This document shows, piece after piece, positions 38,144-50,529 of a stretch of 64,000 nt of DNA. The translations under genes were made by a program, and so were the position numbers. Origin of the DNA: Eledone cirrhosa (lineage: Eukaryota); NCBI GenBank assembly GCA_964016885.1, contig OZ024743.1:7130001-7194000 (forward strand), in the 5' to 3' direction. The notes beneath the pieces are model-generated. The model was given only the letters and a program-made list of their open reading frames with translations, was not told the DNA's origin and did no database searches. Numbering within the stretch: position 1 is the stretch's first letter; each line of letters starts with the position of its first letter.

Positions 38144-38270
38144 TATCATGACTCATACACTGTTTATTTTCCTGACATTTGTACATTATTCTATGTACTA
38201 TACATGCACCTTTGATGAGTTGTAGTGCACCTGAGCACTGTACACAATAATTTCATTATTATTATTATTT
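38144..38270 (+). mobile_element. Second CR1 3'-UTR fragment stacked on the tail of the intact copy
   Basis: atcatgactcatacactg...tttcattattattatt matches the 3' UTRs of the 3859, 17064 and 34362 copies. Confidence 0.85.
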
Positions 38271-38879
38271 TTTTATTTTTATAACAATATACTTGCCAAC
38301 ATCCACAGCGACGTCTAATGCGACCGTCTTGCTGAGAAGGACATGGTGAAATCACGTTAAACCCAAGGCAAATAGATATCAACAAGGTGGACATTAACTC
38401 CGCTAGAAATATGAGCGGAGATATTTCCTCCACCCCTAAAGAAATAAAACAGGAAAATATCTATCCGCAATACTTTTTGTACATACACAAAAGCCCAAAC
38501 ACTAATACTTCTCAGTCCCTTTCCTCTCTTGGTGATCAATGGTCTTGTAGAGACAGTCATTTCTTAATTCTTCATACTAGACTTTTTTTCTGAATAGCAC
38601 CTTTTGTGACTGAGCTTTCCACAGTACCCACAATAGAGCAACATTGAGGCAGTTATGTTTACCAAGATGGGGGACTTCTGTCTTTGTCTTCCATCAACAA
38701 TATACTAGATGCGTAAATTTTCAAATGCTTTGGCTCCTCTATATACAGCAGATTTTCAATTGCCACGGTCCTTTGTAGATCTTCCTCGTGCAACACAAGT
38801 GAAAGCTGTTCAGTCTTCTTTCCTGACCTGAGTACATTATTCAAATTTCACTCCCATAAAGAAGAGTACAAAGGAGACA

Positions 38880-39486
38880 TATCTGATAATTTAAAAATCT
38901 TAGTCTTTGCTGTATCATGAGTTTACATATCAACTTATCAAAGTAGAACAGCATATTTGAAGTCGAATTATCCTGATATTTACATCGGATTAGCAATTCT
39001 AGATGTAATCGTTTACATATTAATGAAACACATGTAAGTTATGTAATAAATATTGATCCTTCAATTATGGAATTTGCGGCTGAAAGATTTGATTTAAAAA
39101 AATCGGAGAGTTCACAATATTCAATTGAGGGAGCATTCAAAAGTCTCACTGATTTGAATTTTGCCCAAGATACGTGCAAAAAAAAAAAAAAAGTATCTGC
39201 GCTCCAGATTGCAGGAAAACGATCAAGGATGACTTTGCCGAATGGAAAACCCGTCAATATCTCCCATGGACCCCAGTCTCTTGTTTAATTGTCAACTTAC
39301 ATCAACTAGCGTTGAGCGTAGTTTTTCAATGTTCGGTAAAATAAGAGAATGTGAAATTTTTTATTGCAGCAATGTATAATATGTAAATAATTTTGATTTT
39401 GTCATTCGATGTTTTTTAAATGAATAATAAAGATCTTGAGTTAAGGTATTAAAAAAAAATGTTTAAGGTCTAAAAAAAGGCCCTAC
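38880..39486 (+). mobile_element. Decayed DNA-transposon remnant (hAT-like C-terminus)
   Basis: TSTSVERSFSMFGK at about 39298-39340 and a GGCCCTA terminus-like motif at about 39480. Confidence 0.35.
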
Positions 39487-40065
39487 TCATGACGTACCCA
39501 ACAATAACACCTACTCACTACCACAACACACATCGGGACCATCACCGACCTCAACATCGCGTCCCCATCCACTATCCTATTTAAGATGATCAATAGTGTC
39601 CCAGTTCGGGAAAAAAAGTCAATTACACTCATGTTGCCGAATAGTGTTCCAGTCCTCAATTCCTCACCCAGCTCCCTACCTTCGCAGCACGTACACCACC
39701 ATCAACATTAGGAAGAACGGTCAGAACTGTTCAGGATGCGGCAGATTTGATCAAGTTTCTTGCGTTGGCCTGACACGACGAGCCTCGAATGCACCCTGAA
39801 AAGATCCTGAAAGCAGCCCGGTGGCTGATGCCCGCACATCTTCAATCGAGAAGGCCTTGAACTCCAATCGAACGCTATAGGCTAGAAAAATAGTTTACCG
39901 ATCATTCCTTGTACTTGGGAATTTTATCAAGTTTTGACTGTTAAATCAAGTATTTCAAACGTACCAGCTCTTTCCATTGCTTGTAGATTACAAGCTGAGA
40001 GTTATCTACCTTACTTTGATTTAATTATCTGGGAATTTCTATACATCGACTTATTCAGAAGAAAA

Positions 40066-40192
40066 ATGATCAATTATTCAAATATCCACCCTAATTTAAC
40101 GAAAGAAAGAAATGGTGCTAGTTTTGATCCATATACATTAACCTGTTTACTGATGGGTGATGAGAAAGCTGTAGAGTCTAGACGAAACCTAG
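40066..40192 (+). CDS. ACOX1: Peroxisomal acyl-CoA oxidase 1-like, coding exon 1 (MINYSNIHPNLTKERNGASFDPYTLT...)
   Basis: Resembles the ACOX1 N-terminus (NPDL..ER..ASF.P..LT); GT donor at 40193; phase fits exon 2. Confidence 0.85.
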
Positions 40193-41261
40193 GTAATTTG
40201 TTTATATTATCTTATAATGTTAGCAGGATCTGTAGAGGGTCGGACGCCATGCTTTGCAGCATAGAGTTACACTCTATTGCTATCTGAGTTAAAATCCAGC
40301 CGAAATTATAATTGTTTCTACTTTTGGCACAAGGCCAGCAATTATCCCAGTACATTACTGGTACTTTAATTTGTTATTGTTTACTCTAAGTGAGCTCTGA
40401 TCGATCAAAATATGATTAAAGGCCTTCGAGCTGTGACAATTCCCTTCAACGTTTCCTTACTTTATTAAAGCAGTAGTGTGATTTGATAGATTTTGGCTGC
40501 TATCTCTACCGAGTCACTGCAGGGGCTCCTTGTCCTTCTGAACGAATTGCTAGAAATTGTTGGTGTTATTTACGCATTTGTTATGTTATTTATGTATATA
40601 TTTAAAACATATTTGCAACGTTATTAATTACAAATATTAGTTTTGTGTATTATATTTATATGGTTCCTAGCAATAATCAATTGATTTCATGTATGTACTT
40701 CTATTCAATCTTATATATTTGTTATAACAATTGCCAATTTTTAGTTGTAGAAATGACATTACGTCCCAGTATAAAATGTATGAAAAGTATTCAATAAAAG
40801 AACGAACCAATTTAAATCAGATCAAAAAATAAAAATTATATTTATTTATATAATATTTTGCTGTATTACTATTATTTATTTATTTAACAATTTATTTGTT
40901 GCTTTACCTCGGTGTTATTTAATTTTTAAAATATATTTTGAAAGTTTAAGAATTACAATACTAAAAAAAATAGTCACGCCTATATTTGACAACTAAATAC
41001 AAAGGTCACTCAGTGTTTTACAACTCGAAATTGCAACCAATTGTAAACAACTTGATATAATAATTGTTTCTACTTTTGGCACAAGGCCAGCAATTATCCA
41101 GTACATTACTGGTACTTTATTTTATCGACCTCGTAAGGATGAAAGGCAAAGTTAACCTCGGCGGGATTTGAACTCAGATCATAAAGGGCCGTAACTCTTT
41201 GCTGCAAAACATGGTGTCCGACCATCTACTGATACTGCCAATCCACCATAATATTTTAAAA

Positions 41262-41640
41262 CAACTGCTTCTGTTGCCGAACGGAATAAAATTCGGAAGT
41301 ACCTCGATTTATCAAATAATTATTTTTTCCAGTCTGTCGTTCGAGACGTCTGGTGGAGTTGGACCACTGACAGCAAAGTTCCTGTCATTGCTGGCAGCTC
41401 ACCTTACAGAGGTGTCAGGTGATGCCCTTGAAGGTGCCTGGTTATTTCAGCGCTTTAGCCCCGCCATCACCCGTGGTAATGCTGCGAGCATGTTAGCTTG
41501 ACTCAAAGTGTGTAGTTAACCCCTAAGGTGTGAGGTGTCCCCAATTGTTGCACTTTCTTTCCTTTATAATTTTTGTTCAATGAATTATATTTTTATATTT
41601 TATTCACATTGTATTTATTGTGTTTATATTTTCATTTTGA
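41262..41640 (+). mobile_element. CRE-like 3' fragment
   Basis: AERNKIRKY...FETSGGVGP...WLFQRFSPAITRGNAAS motif. Confidence 0.7.
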
Positions 41641-41699
41641 AAGAACTGTGAAAAATTTGTAATGTTATTTATACAACTGTTTATAAACATACATAGAGA

Positions 41700-42310
41700 C
41701 CAATAAAATTACAACTTCCCCTCAATTTTGGAACCTTCAGGGTTGTTCAGAATTGATGGGAAAAGACGTAATGGTCTTACCCTGTGCCCCTGGTTAAGAG
41801 GCATGTGTCTTATCTGGGATGTCACATTGCTTCTTCCCACATCCTGCATGCTGCAGTTAGGGCGAGAGCTACAGCTTCTGCAGCCGAACAGAACAAAATC
41901 TTGAAATACCATGATCTGTCGACTAACTACATTTTCCAGCTTGTGGCATTTGAGGAGTCACACTACTGACTGCGAGGTTCTTCATTGGCGGCTCGCCTAA
42001 CAGAGGTTACTGGTAATACTCATGTTCCAGCACATCAGCCTCGCCATTACCCGAGGTAACTCTACGAGTGTGCTGGTTTGTCTAAAAAAGGATTAGAGAG
42101 GTTCCTCAGTGCTCCTTGCGATATTGTTATCTTTTGCTCTGGCAGCGGTTCGTTTGTCCACCCCTTTCGCCTGCTTGTATGTGGTCCTAGTTGTGTGCAT
42201 TAGCTACTTGTGTGTTTTTTCTTCTTCTCATTCTTTTTTCCTTTCCCTTTTCTTTTTTTTTCTTTCTATTTGTAATATTATGTTGATGGTTATGCCTTAA
42301 TAAAAGTAAC
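41700..42310 (+). mobile_element. CRE-like 3' fragment
   Basis: [32 protein letters not shown]...[20 protein letters not shown]...AITRGN. Confidence 0.75.
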
Positions 42311-43283
42311 TATACACATTACAACAACAATAATTGTTCCTACTTTTGGCAACAGGCCAGTAATTTGAAGAGAAGGGTGTAAGAAGCAAAGGAACCTACA
42401 TATAGATGCCCTCTTGTTGGTTTATACAGTGAGGAGTTATAAGTTGCTGACAAATGTGGAGACCTTTTCAGCAAGAATGCTACTAACTGAGCCATTTTAG
42501 TTGAGAAGTGCTAGTTAGGAGGATTCAAGAAAGTTGGTAGAAGCCTTTTTGACAAAGAACTAGACAGCACAGCTACATTTTGGGAGGTGGTAAAAATTGC
42601 AATTTGTACAATTCAATGTTTTCTACAGTTTTACAAGCATTGCAATGGTGAGTAAAAGCCTCACAGTTTGAGGCTAATTTTGTTTTAGTTCTTTCAGTGT
42701 TACAGTATATTGGCACTAATGCAAAGACAGTGAAACAATGACATATTTTACTCTGGTGCTCATTTACTTTGGCTCAGAATTTCAGTCATTCTGTATATAG
42801 ACAGCTATTAACTAGAAGTCAATGCAATGCATATACTACGATGACTATGTGATATGGTCATTATAAACCTGTGGAATAGATAGGGATTTTATCTACAAAT
42901 ATCCAAACCAGTCATGTATATCTCAGTCAGAAATATCGCATATATCTTCATGAAAGATATATGTTTAGCCTCTAGTTAACTCTCATTACTCATTCCAGCT
43001 ATGACCACCATATCTTATTCAAACAGTATATATAAGACAACATTAATCAATGTGTCCTTAATTTTTTTAGAGAGTAGAATGAGATTTGAGAGAGATTTGG
43101 CTGCTATTTCTAACAGATTGATTGACTATGCAGATGCCACCGTTGAACAAGGCCAGGTGCAGTTGTTGAAGATGGAAAAGTGAAGCATACCTTTTTTTAA
43201 ATTTAATTACTTGATATGGATTTATTTTTATGCTCTAATGTTTAATTTATGAATTTTCATCTTAAAACTTTATTTTACATCAG

Positions 43284-43443
43284 TTACATTACTGGAAAAG
43301 GACCCAAACCTCCAAGATGAAATTCTCGCAGACTTTTTATCACAAGAAGAGAAATTTAAATTAACATTAAAGAAAACTATATATCTCATGAGAAAATTTG
43401 AAGAGCTAGGAGTAGATGAAGATGAATATCTTTCATTATATCA
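43284..43443 (+). CDS. ACOX1: ACOX1-like coding exon 2 (TLLEKDPNLQDEILADFLSQEEKF...)
   Basis: cAG / GTAAG boundaries, 160 nt, open in the expected phase. Confidence 0.88.
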
Positions 43444-43811
43444 GTAAGTTAAACTTTGAAAATATACTTTTTTATCCTTAATCCTTTAGCATTTAAATCG
43501 GCTGTATCTGGCAAGAATTCTCTTACCTCTTTTTGTTCAAAGCAGCCATAACCAGATGTTCATATTTACGTTAAGGTATTGTTCTCAAAATAAATAATAT
43601 CAAAATCTCGAAGATTCGATATTATGTGAGATAAAGCCTTTACCGTGAAAATACAATAGTAAATGTTAAAGGGTTAAGAAAATAAATGTCAAATCCAGTA
43701 GATATTTTGGATTGTATTTATATAATCTGTATTAATATAATCAATAATTATATAATCTACTAGAATTTGAACTGTGGGTAGAAATACTGAAATTACATAC
43801 TGCCATAGTAA

Positions 43812-44130
43812 AGGCACATGGCTTAGCGTGTTTAGATCAAGATTGTAAGGTCATGGGTTTGATTGCTGGCAGTGCATTGTGTCTTTTAGCAAGATACTTT
43901 ATTTAACCTTGTTCCAGTTTACTCATCTGGAAAAAATTTGTTGCTACATCAATGATTCCAAACTGCATTGACCTCTGCCTTTGTCTAGGATAACATTAGT
44001 AGTATGGAGAGAGGAGACAGGCAAGCATGGACAACTCCTGAACTTTCACAAAACACCTTGTTCTGGCTTGTGACTTAGAGAGAAACTTCCCAGATGCAAA
44101 CCCATGGTCAGTCATAACCGGAGAGGGCCT
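43812..44130 (+). mobile_element. Older tRNA-derived SINE (related heads at 48660-49000 + and 63480-63617 -)
   Basis: Degenerate A/B boxes (TGGCTTAG...GGTTTGATT) followed by a GTGTC...AGCAAGA.ACT segment. Confidence 0.55.
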
Positions 44131-44329
44131 TTAATAGATACTGTAATACATTCAACTTCCTCACAGTTTCTCTGCTCTTATTATATTGTTATATTCATTA
44201 GTATGAATCAGACAGTTCAATTTGTACGTATTTTAATTTATTTCATAGTTTATGTCTCAGAGGATATCTAACATTGAAAATAGAATGGTAACAATAAATT
44301 TGAATGGTTTTTGTGTTTTTTACTTGTAG

Positions 44330-44490
44330 ACACTTATATCCTTACCAAAACCTAGGTTTCCCTCTTCACAAACTAATGTTCATACCAACAATAAAAGCCT
44401 TAGGTACTGTTGAACAAGCTGAGTACTGGTTATCAAAAGCATTAAACATGGAAATAATAGGCTGTTATGCTCAAACTGAATTGGGACATG
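44330..44490 (+). CDS. ACOX1: ACOX1-like coding exon 3 (LHKLMFIPTIKALGT...IIGCYAQTELGHG)
   Basis: Conserved YAQTELGHG motif; 161 nt; AG/GT boundaries. Confidence 0.95.
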
Positions 44491-46202
44491 GTGAGTTTGT
44501 TTGTATTATGAGTAAATTGGTTGTACATACCTATCTAACCCCCCCTCCCACACACACACACTCACACACTATCATTAAAATACCTGACAAACCTCATAAA
44601 AAATGCAACATCATTGGAGACCATCTATGCCTATGTAGGCATCAGCTGTAACAACAGCACACATAAATATATGTGTATGTGGAATAATTAATAGCTCTGT
44701 GTTCAAATTTGATCTTTGAATCAACACATGGATTTAGGAGCACTGCTCTTCCAAACCAAACATAAAGAACTAATCAGGAAATATGAAAAATCCTTAATAC
44801 AAAAGATCAAATAGTTGTGTTTTTTGACTGAACGGAGACAATGCAGGGTAGAGTGAGATTGACTTACCCATTCACACACACTAGCCATAGGCTGCCCAAC
44901 CTGTATACTGAACTTTGTTTAGAGAATAGAAATACTAGAATACAAATCCTCTGTGGAGCTGGTGGAGGCCTTGCCAGATGTATAGTGCTCAGTGAAATCA
45001 TTGGATCCTTGATGGAAAGAGTGGGTATTGAAATCCCATAAGTGGAAGGATGAGTGATGGGGACCTCTTTTCTTTTGGCTCTGGTGTTGATCAGACATGA
45101 TTGCAATTTGAGCTTAAGTGCATGCCCTAGATTTCAGGCCAGAGGTTAGGCAGGTACGGTTCTTGCGGATATATCTCATCTAAACATGATCAATTATAGG
45201 AGAGGACTCATAAGGTAGGTGAGGCCACGTCTTTTCCTCATAACATTTTCCATTCTCATTGCGCAATATCCATGGCCTCCAAATACTTGATCCATCAGAG
45301 CTCTACTATATTAGAAAACACAATGATAGGCATCCAAATAGTGGCTCTAGTAAAGATATGAAGAACATATCTCACATGTGTCAAAAACTGTCTCAATTCT
45401 ATGGTGACAAACTTCTTGTTTTAAAGGATTCATATGTATATAAAATATAAGGTTCTGGAAGAATATTTTTGTTAATCTATTTATTAAACTCCAGCCTAAG
45501 AATGTAGCTAGTTATTTTCCTAAATTCATTCAAATTGTTGACTACAAAATAAATTGAAAAACATGGGCAGTACATTTCATTAAAAAGATGGTAATGAAAG
45601 GGTTATGGCAGAGTTGTATGAAAGACCAATAAAATTACTCATCTTGGTGTTTTAGAATTTAGTAATTAAACATTTGGTTGTATACTGTATTTGATAATAG
45701 AAAGAATCCATAAAAAAGATATGGGTTGTAAGGTTACATGTTCATATTCCATAATTGAAGAAAAGATCAGGTCAGAAGGCATAATTGGAAACAATAATAA
45801 TTTTTTTTTTTGCTTTATATTAATACAAGTTGTAGGAGAGTGAAAAGCTGCAACATATCGTATAATTAAGTTAAATGATAAATGTAGTTCTCCTAAAGAA
45901 ATCCAGAACGAAACTGCTTTAGTAACACATTTTTTTATTGTGAAGTAGGATGAATAAAAATCAAGAATAAGTTAAATAGTACCTCTCAAGACAAAACCTG
46001 GAACGTAACTGCTCAAGAATTGATGCTTAGGCACGAAATCGACTGCTGGGCGGAAGTCGTTTTTAGTATTCCTACGCCACCAATTTAAAGGGCTGGCGAC
46101 TGACCAAGCACGACCCAATTACTCCACTGCGATAAAGTAGCATCATTGCTTGCTACAAGAATCTATATTGATGAAAGTTGCATTGTTTTACTTATTCAAC
46201 AG

Positions 46203-46310
46203 GTACATTTTTAAAAGGCTTAGAAACCACAGCTACATATGACCCAATAAATGAACAGTTTATACTCAATAGTCCAACTTTAACATCCATGAAATGGTGG
46301 TCAGGATTGT
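46203..46310 (+). CDS. ACOX1: ACOX1-like coding exon 4 ([14 protein letters not shown]...[14 protein letters not shown])
   Basis: LETTATYDP and KWW motifs; 108 nt; AG/GT boundaries. Confidence 0.95.
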
Positions 46311-47286
46311 GTAAGTAGTTAAACATTTTGATTGAATCCTTTTTGTTCATACATAGTTTTAACAATGTCCCAAAATTGTAACACCACTTTTTTTCCACAC
46401 AAAATAACAGTTTGAATATGTTCTGTAAACTGAATTTCTACTATCAATCTGATGAGATAACTCTAATTAATTGTTTCTACTTTAGGCACAAGGCCAGCAA
46501 TTACCCAGTGTATTACTGGTACTTTATTTTATCGACCCCGTAAGGATGAAAGGCAAAGTCAACCTCGGCGGGATTTGAACTCAGATCATAAAGGGACATA
46601 ACTATGCTGGAAAGCATGGCGTCCGACCCTCTACCAATACTGCCAATCCAAACTCTAATTAATGAATTAAAATTTGTTTTAGATAATTTGATAATAAAAA
46701 CCAATTGCTCTGTATACAAACTGTTTGAAAATATAGTACTGCATTTGAAGATGTGATGGGCTCAGTGATTGAATTAATCATATACTCTTTACAAGATATT
46801 TGTAAAGAATTACTACCATAAGCTAATTTTTATTTTATCTTATGAGTAACATAAGTATATTCATTTTTAATAGAATGCCTTCAAATAAACACAAATCATA
46901 TAAAAATGTTATATAATAAAGGAAAAAAGTGGGAGAAGACCTACACATTCAATCACATGCCACAACAAGGGACCCTGGAGTTCCTCTATTTCTCTCTAAT
47001 AATTTTGTAAGTCAACAGACTCACAGCATTGCCATGGGTGGTAGTGAGGCTAAGAATAACCAAGTACTCTGACAAACATCACCTGATATGTCTGTAAGAC
47101 AAGCCACCGACAATAACAAGAACCCCAGTGTCAGCCACTTAACTCCTTTAACTTCTCACAGTTTAGCCACAGGCTAAAAACAAAAAATGGTTTGCTGATA
47201 ATTCCTGGTATTTGAGCTAATTATTTTATACCTATTTAACATTTTGTTTTATTATATCTATATTAATATCTTGTTTTATTTCTTAG

Positions 47287-47406
47287 TGGGTAAAACTGCA
47301 ACCCATTGCATTCTCATTGCTCAGCTCTACATAAACAACAAATGTTATGGAATTCACCCGTTCATTGTACAAATTCGTAGTTTAGAAGATCACAGTTTAA
47401 TGCCAG
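47287..47406 (+). CDS. ACOX1: ACOX1-like coding exon 5 (GKTATHCILIAQL...GIHPFIVQIRSLEDHSLMP)
   Basis: Conserved G.H.FIV.IR motif; 120 nt; AG/GT boundaries. Confidence 0.95.
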
Positions 47407-47892
47407 GTAAATTATAACTCAGGAATTTGTCTCCATAATTGATTGTTAATTTATTATATTCTTTGAAAGAAATCCATTTTCTTTAAATCCAAGTTTAAAC
47501 ATTAATATTTTCTTTTAAATTCATACCTCATCTTAATGACCACATCAGAAAATGTGTTTTTACTTCTACTTCTTTGTATGGAAATTTTGATATCCTAGTT
47601 CAATCATTTATTTGAAAACGTGGAAGTCCCAAATGTAGAAAATAATTGTAATAACAGTTGATCACTATATATGATATAATATTTGAGAAAATCAGTTAAA
47701 TTATCCTGAGAGAGAGAAAAAAGTGGACAGAGGATAGACTTGGTCTCATTCTAGTTTGTAATTCTACATTCTTCCTCTGTTCCAATCCCAGAAAATGTAT
47801 TGCATATTGAAGTATCTTTTACTGGCTTCATAAACCTTTTATAGTTCTTAATTTCCAAATGGACAGATATTAACTAAGTTGTATTAGGTTAT

Positions 47893-48280
47893 TAGAGGAA
47901 TACAACTCAAACTATACATATTCCATTATTGTTATTTCAATGTCATTCATATTACATACAGTTTACCATTTATTCTCCACCTCATCATCGTTTCATTCAT
48001 TATATGTCAGACATGTTGAAGCCTTCTTTTGTCTTAAATGAGTTTCAAGCACTCTTTGATTTTCTCAGGACTTTATTACTGAATCAATGACAAAAGAAGT
48101 GTTCAGCATGTCTGAAATATAATGTATGAATCGATGATGAGGTGGAGAATAAATGGTAAACTGCATGTAATATGGAATAAAATTGAAATAACATCATCAT
48201 CATCATCATTTAACGTCCATCTTCCACGCTAGCATGGGTTCCAATAATGGAATATGTATAGTTTGAGTTGTATTCCTCTA
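47893..48280. repeat. Long inverted repeat / foldback element (arms about 140 bp)
   Basis: 47893-48033 is the reverse complement of 48089-48280 once a ~50-bp SINE tail is removed. Confidence 0.9.
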
Positions 48281-49547
48281 GTTGGAAAGGAACTCCTGTC
48301 ACTTTTTGGGAATTTATTTATTTATTTATTTATTACATAAGGCAAAACTAACAATACAAATTTTGCATTCTAGTCTTTTCTCTTTCCTTCTTTTTCTGCT
48401 GAATAAATTTTGAATTGATTTAGTCCCTCAAAATGAGTGCAGATGAGACACATTTACAATACTTCGTATTCTAAGAGTTTATAAAGGGTTCATCAAATTC
48501 AGAAGCTTTGAGGAATATCTGCATTGTTTGTGTAAATAAATATGTCAGTACATGCTAACATTGGGGTGTTCAATTTTTGCAAGGAAATGTTTCCCCTCAA
48601 GATTTCCCTTGTCCTGTAAACTGACTTTGCTAGATAATCAAGCTCTCCTAATTGTAATGGATGCAGCTTGGCTGAATGGTTAAGAAATTTGCTTCACAAT
48701 CATTAGGTCTCAGGTTTGATCCCACTGTGTGGCATCTTTGGCAAGTGTCATTTATAGCCTCAAGCTGACCCATGCCTTATAAGTGAAATTGGTTAGATGG
48801 AAACTGTTTGGAAGCCAGTTGGATGGATTGTACTTGTAACTCAAAGAGCCAGCTTTGTCACATCTGTGTCATGCTGAATCTTCCTGAGAATTATGTTGAA
48901 GGTATCTATGAAATGCTAGGCTACTTAAACATTAATTTCATGAGTAGGCTGTACTATTGATCAAACAAATGGAACACTCATCGTAGAAACCAATAGAAGT
49001 TCATTCCTAACTGTAATTGAAGAAAATCTTAAGCTGACAGCACAAAACATTGCACAGTAATTCAATAGAACACATGCAACAAACATAAACCATCTCCATG
49101 GACTCAGTAAGGTATCAAAATTCAGTTAATGAGTTCCATATGATTTGCTTGATTTTCAACTTAAAGAATCACCATCTGTTAAGGACAAGAAAAGCTACCA
49201 AAGTATTTTTGGAAAGGATCATTACTAGTAGGTCCTTTATAGTGATATTTAGCAGAAGAAACAATAGTTACAATTAAAGAAAAAAACTTGTACCTGTACC
49301 AAAATCAGGATTGCATCCCAATAGAATAATGTTTGGTGGGATATGAAGGGTGTTGTCTATCATGAGAAAGTACTTGTAATACCACTGTCAATGTGGAGAG
49401 ATTTAGCTGTTTAAAGTATTGATAGCAGAAAGGGTCCTTAAAGAAGATAGACTGTAAGGCATCTTTCATAGTTGAAGAAAGGATCAGATCAGAAGACATA
49501 TGTTAAAACATAATTACATTTTTATTGTTCAACTTAATGATGCGGTA

Positions 49548-49862
49548 TGTTGCAGCACTTCACTCTCCTGTACTTATAACAACACAAAGAAGAAAATAAA
49601 ATTGTTATTCCTCGCAGAATTATATATGGTCATTACTCTCGGCATTAGAAGGCAGGATGAAGAAAATCAGGAATGAGTCACATAGTACCACTCAGTTGAA
49701 AATCTGAACGTAACTGCCGGAGAATTGATACTTAGGTGCGAAATCGCCTGCTGGGCAGAAGTCATTCTTAGTATTCCTACGCCACCAACCCAAAGGGCTG
49801 GTGACTGACCAATCACGACCCAATTACTCTGCCGCAATAAAGTAGTGTCATTGCTTGCTACA
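49548..49862. mobile_element. Probable solo LTR (315 bp); related pieces at about 45795-46157
   Basis: TGTTGCAGCA ... TGCTTGCTACA termini; second partial copy 3.7 kb upstream; no clear target duplication. Confidence 0.55.
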
Positions 49863-50318
49863 GAGATATTGTTGTCAATTAAAAGCATTGCACCAATAAT
49901 TATTCCCAAAACTAGCATCTTTACTAAATTGGAAAAAAGTGTTGTACTTTTGCATGTTAAAGTGAGGACCATATGCTGCAAGATGCACCCAGAAAAAAGA
50001 TTCTGACTCATCCTCTCTACATAGCAGACTTTACTCCGTAAGATCATTACATTTTCAGAACTTTTTAACAATTCCTTGACAACTTACCAACTATGAACAG
50101 GTTAAAAATGACACAGAGATACATTTTATCTTGAAAACCTAAGAATTTTATGTTCAATATATTAATAACTTGCCTACTAGATGGAATTAAGTCATCAGAA
50201 AGGAAGGAAAACATTACCTTGATTGAATAGGCTAATCGTCATTAAATAAATGAGGACTTCTTTCCAACTAAAAAAAGAAAAAAAGTATAACTAATTTTCA
50301 TTTTTACCTTCTCTTTAG

Positions 50319-50434
50319 GAGTGGTTACTGGAGATATTGGTCCAAAGATGGGATTAAATCACATAGACAATGGTTTCCTGAAACTAAATAATATTCGGAT
50401 ACCCAGAAATCAGCTGTTAATGAAATACAATCAG
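50319..50434 (+). CDS. ACOX1: ACOX1-like coding exon 6 ([38 protein letters not shown])
   Basis: GDIGPK.G...DNG motif; 116 nt; AG/GT boundaries. Confidence 0.95.
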
Positions 50435-50529
50435 GTAGAAAATATTTTTTCACAATTTTTGCTGTTGTTTTTTTTTTTTTTATTATTTCAGGACTAGTGT
50501 TGATTCTCTTGACAAGGAATCTTTCATGG

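Noticed and set aside
38280-38860. Possible L1/Tx1-like 3' remnant on the minus strand; also possible old retroelement pieces near 3290-3830, 39500-39850, 44830-45250 and 56400-56900
   Set aside because: Motifs are too decayed to classify by eye, so no feature is called.
43444-46202. Possible duplicated, mutually exclusive ACOX1 exon 3
   Set aside because: No second segment encoding a YAQTE.GHG-like motif was seen in introns 2 or 3.
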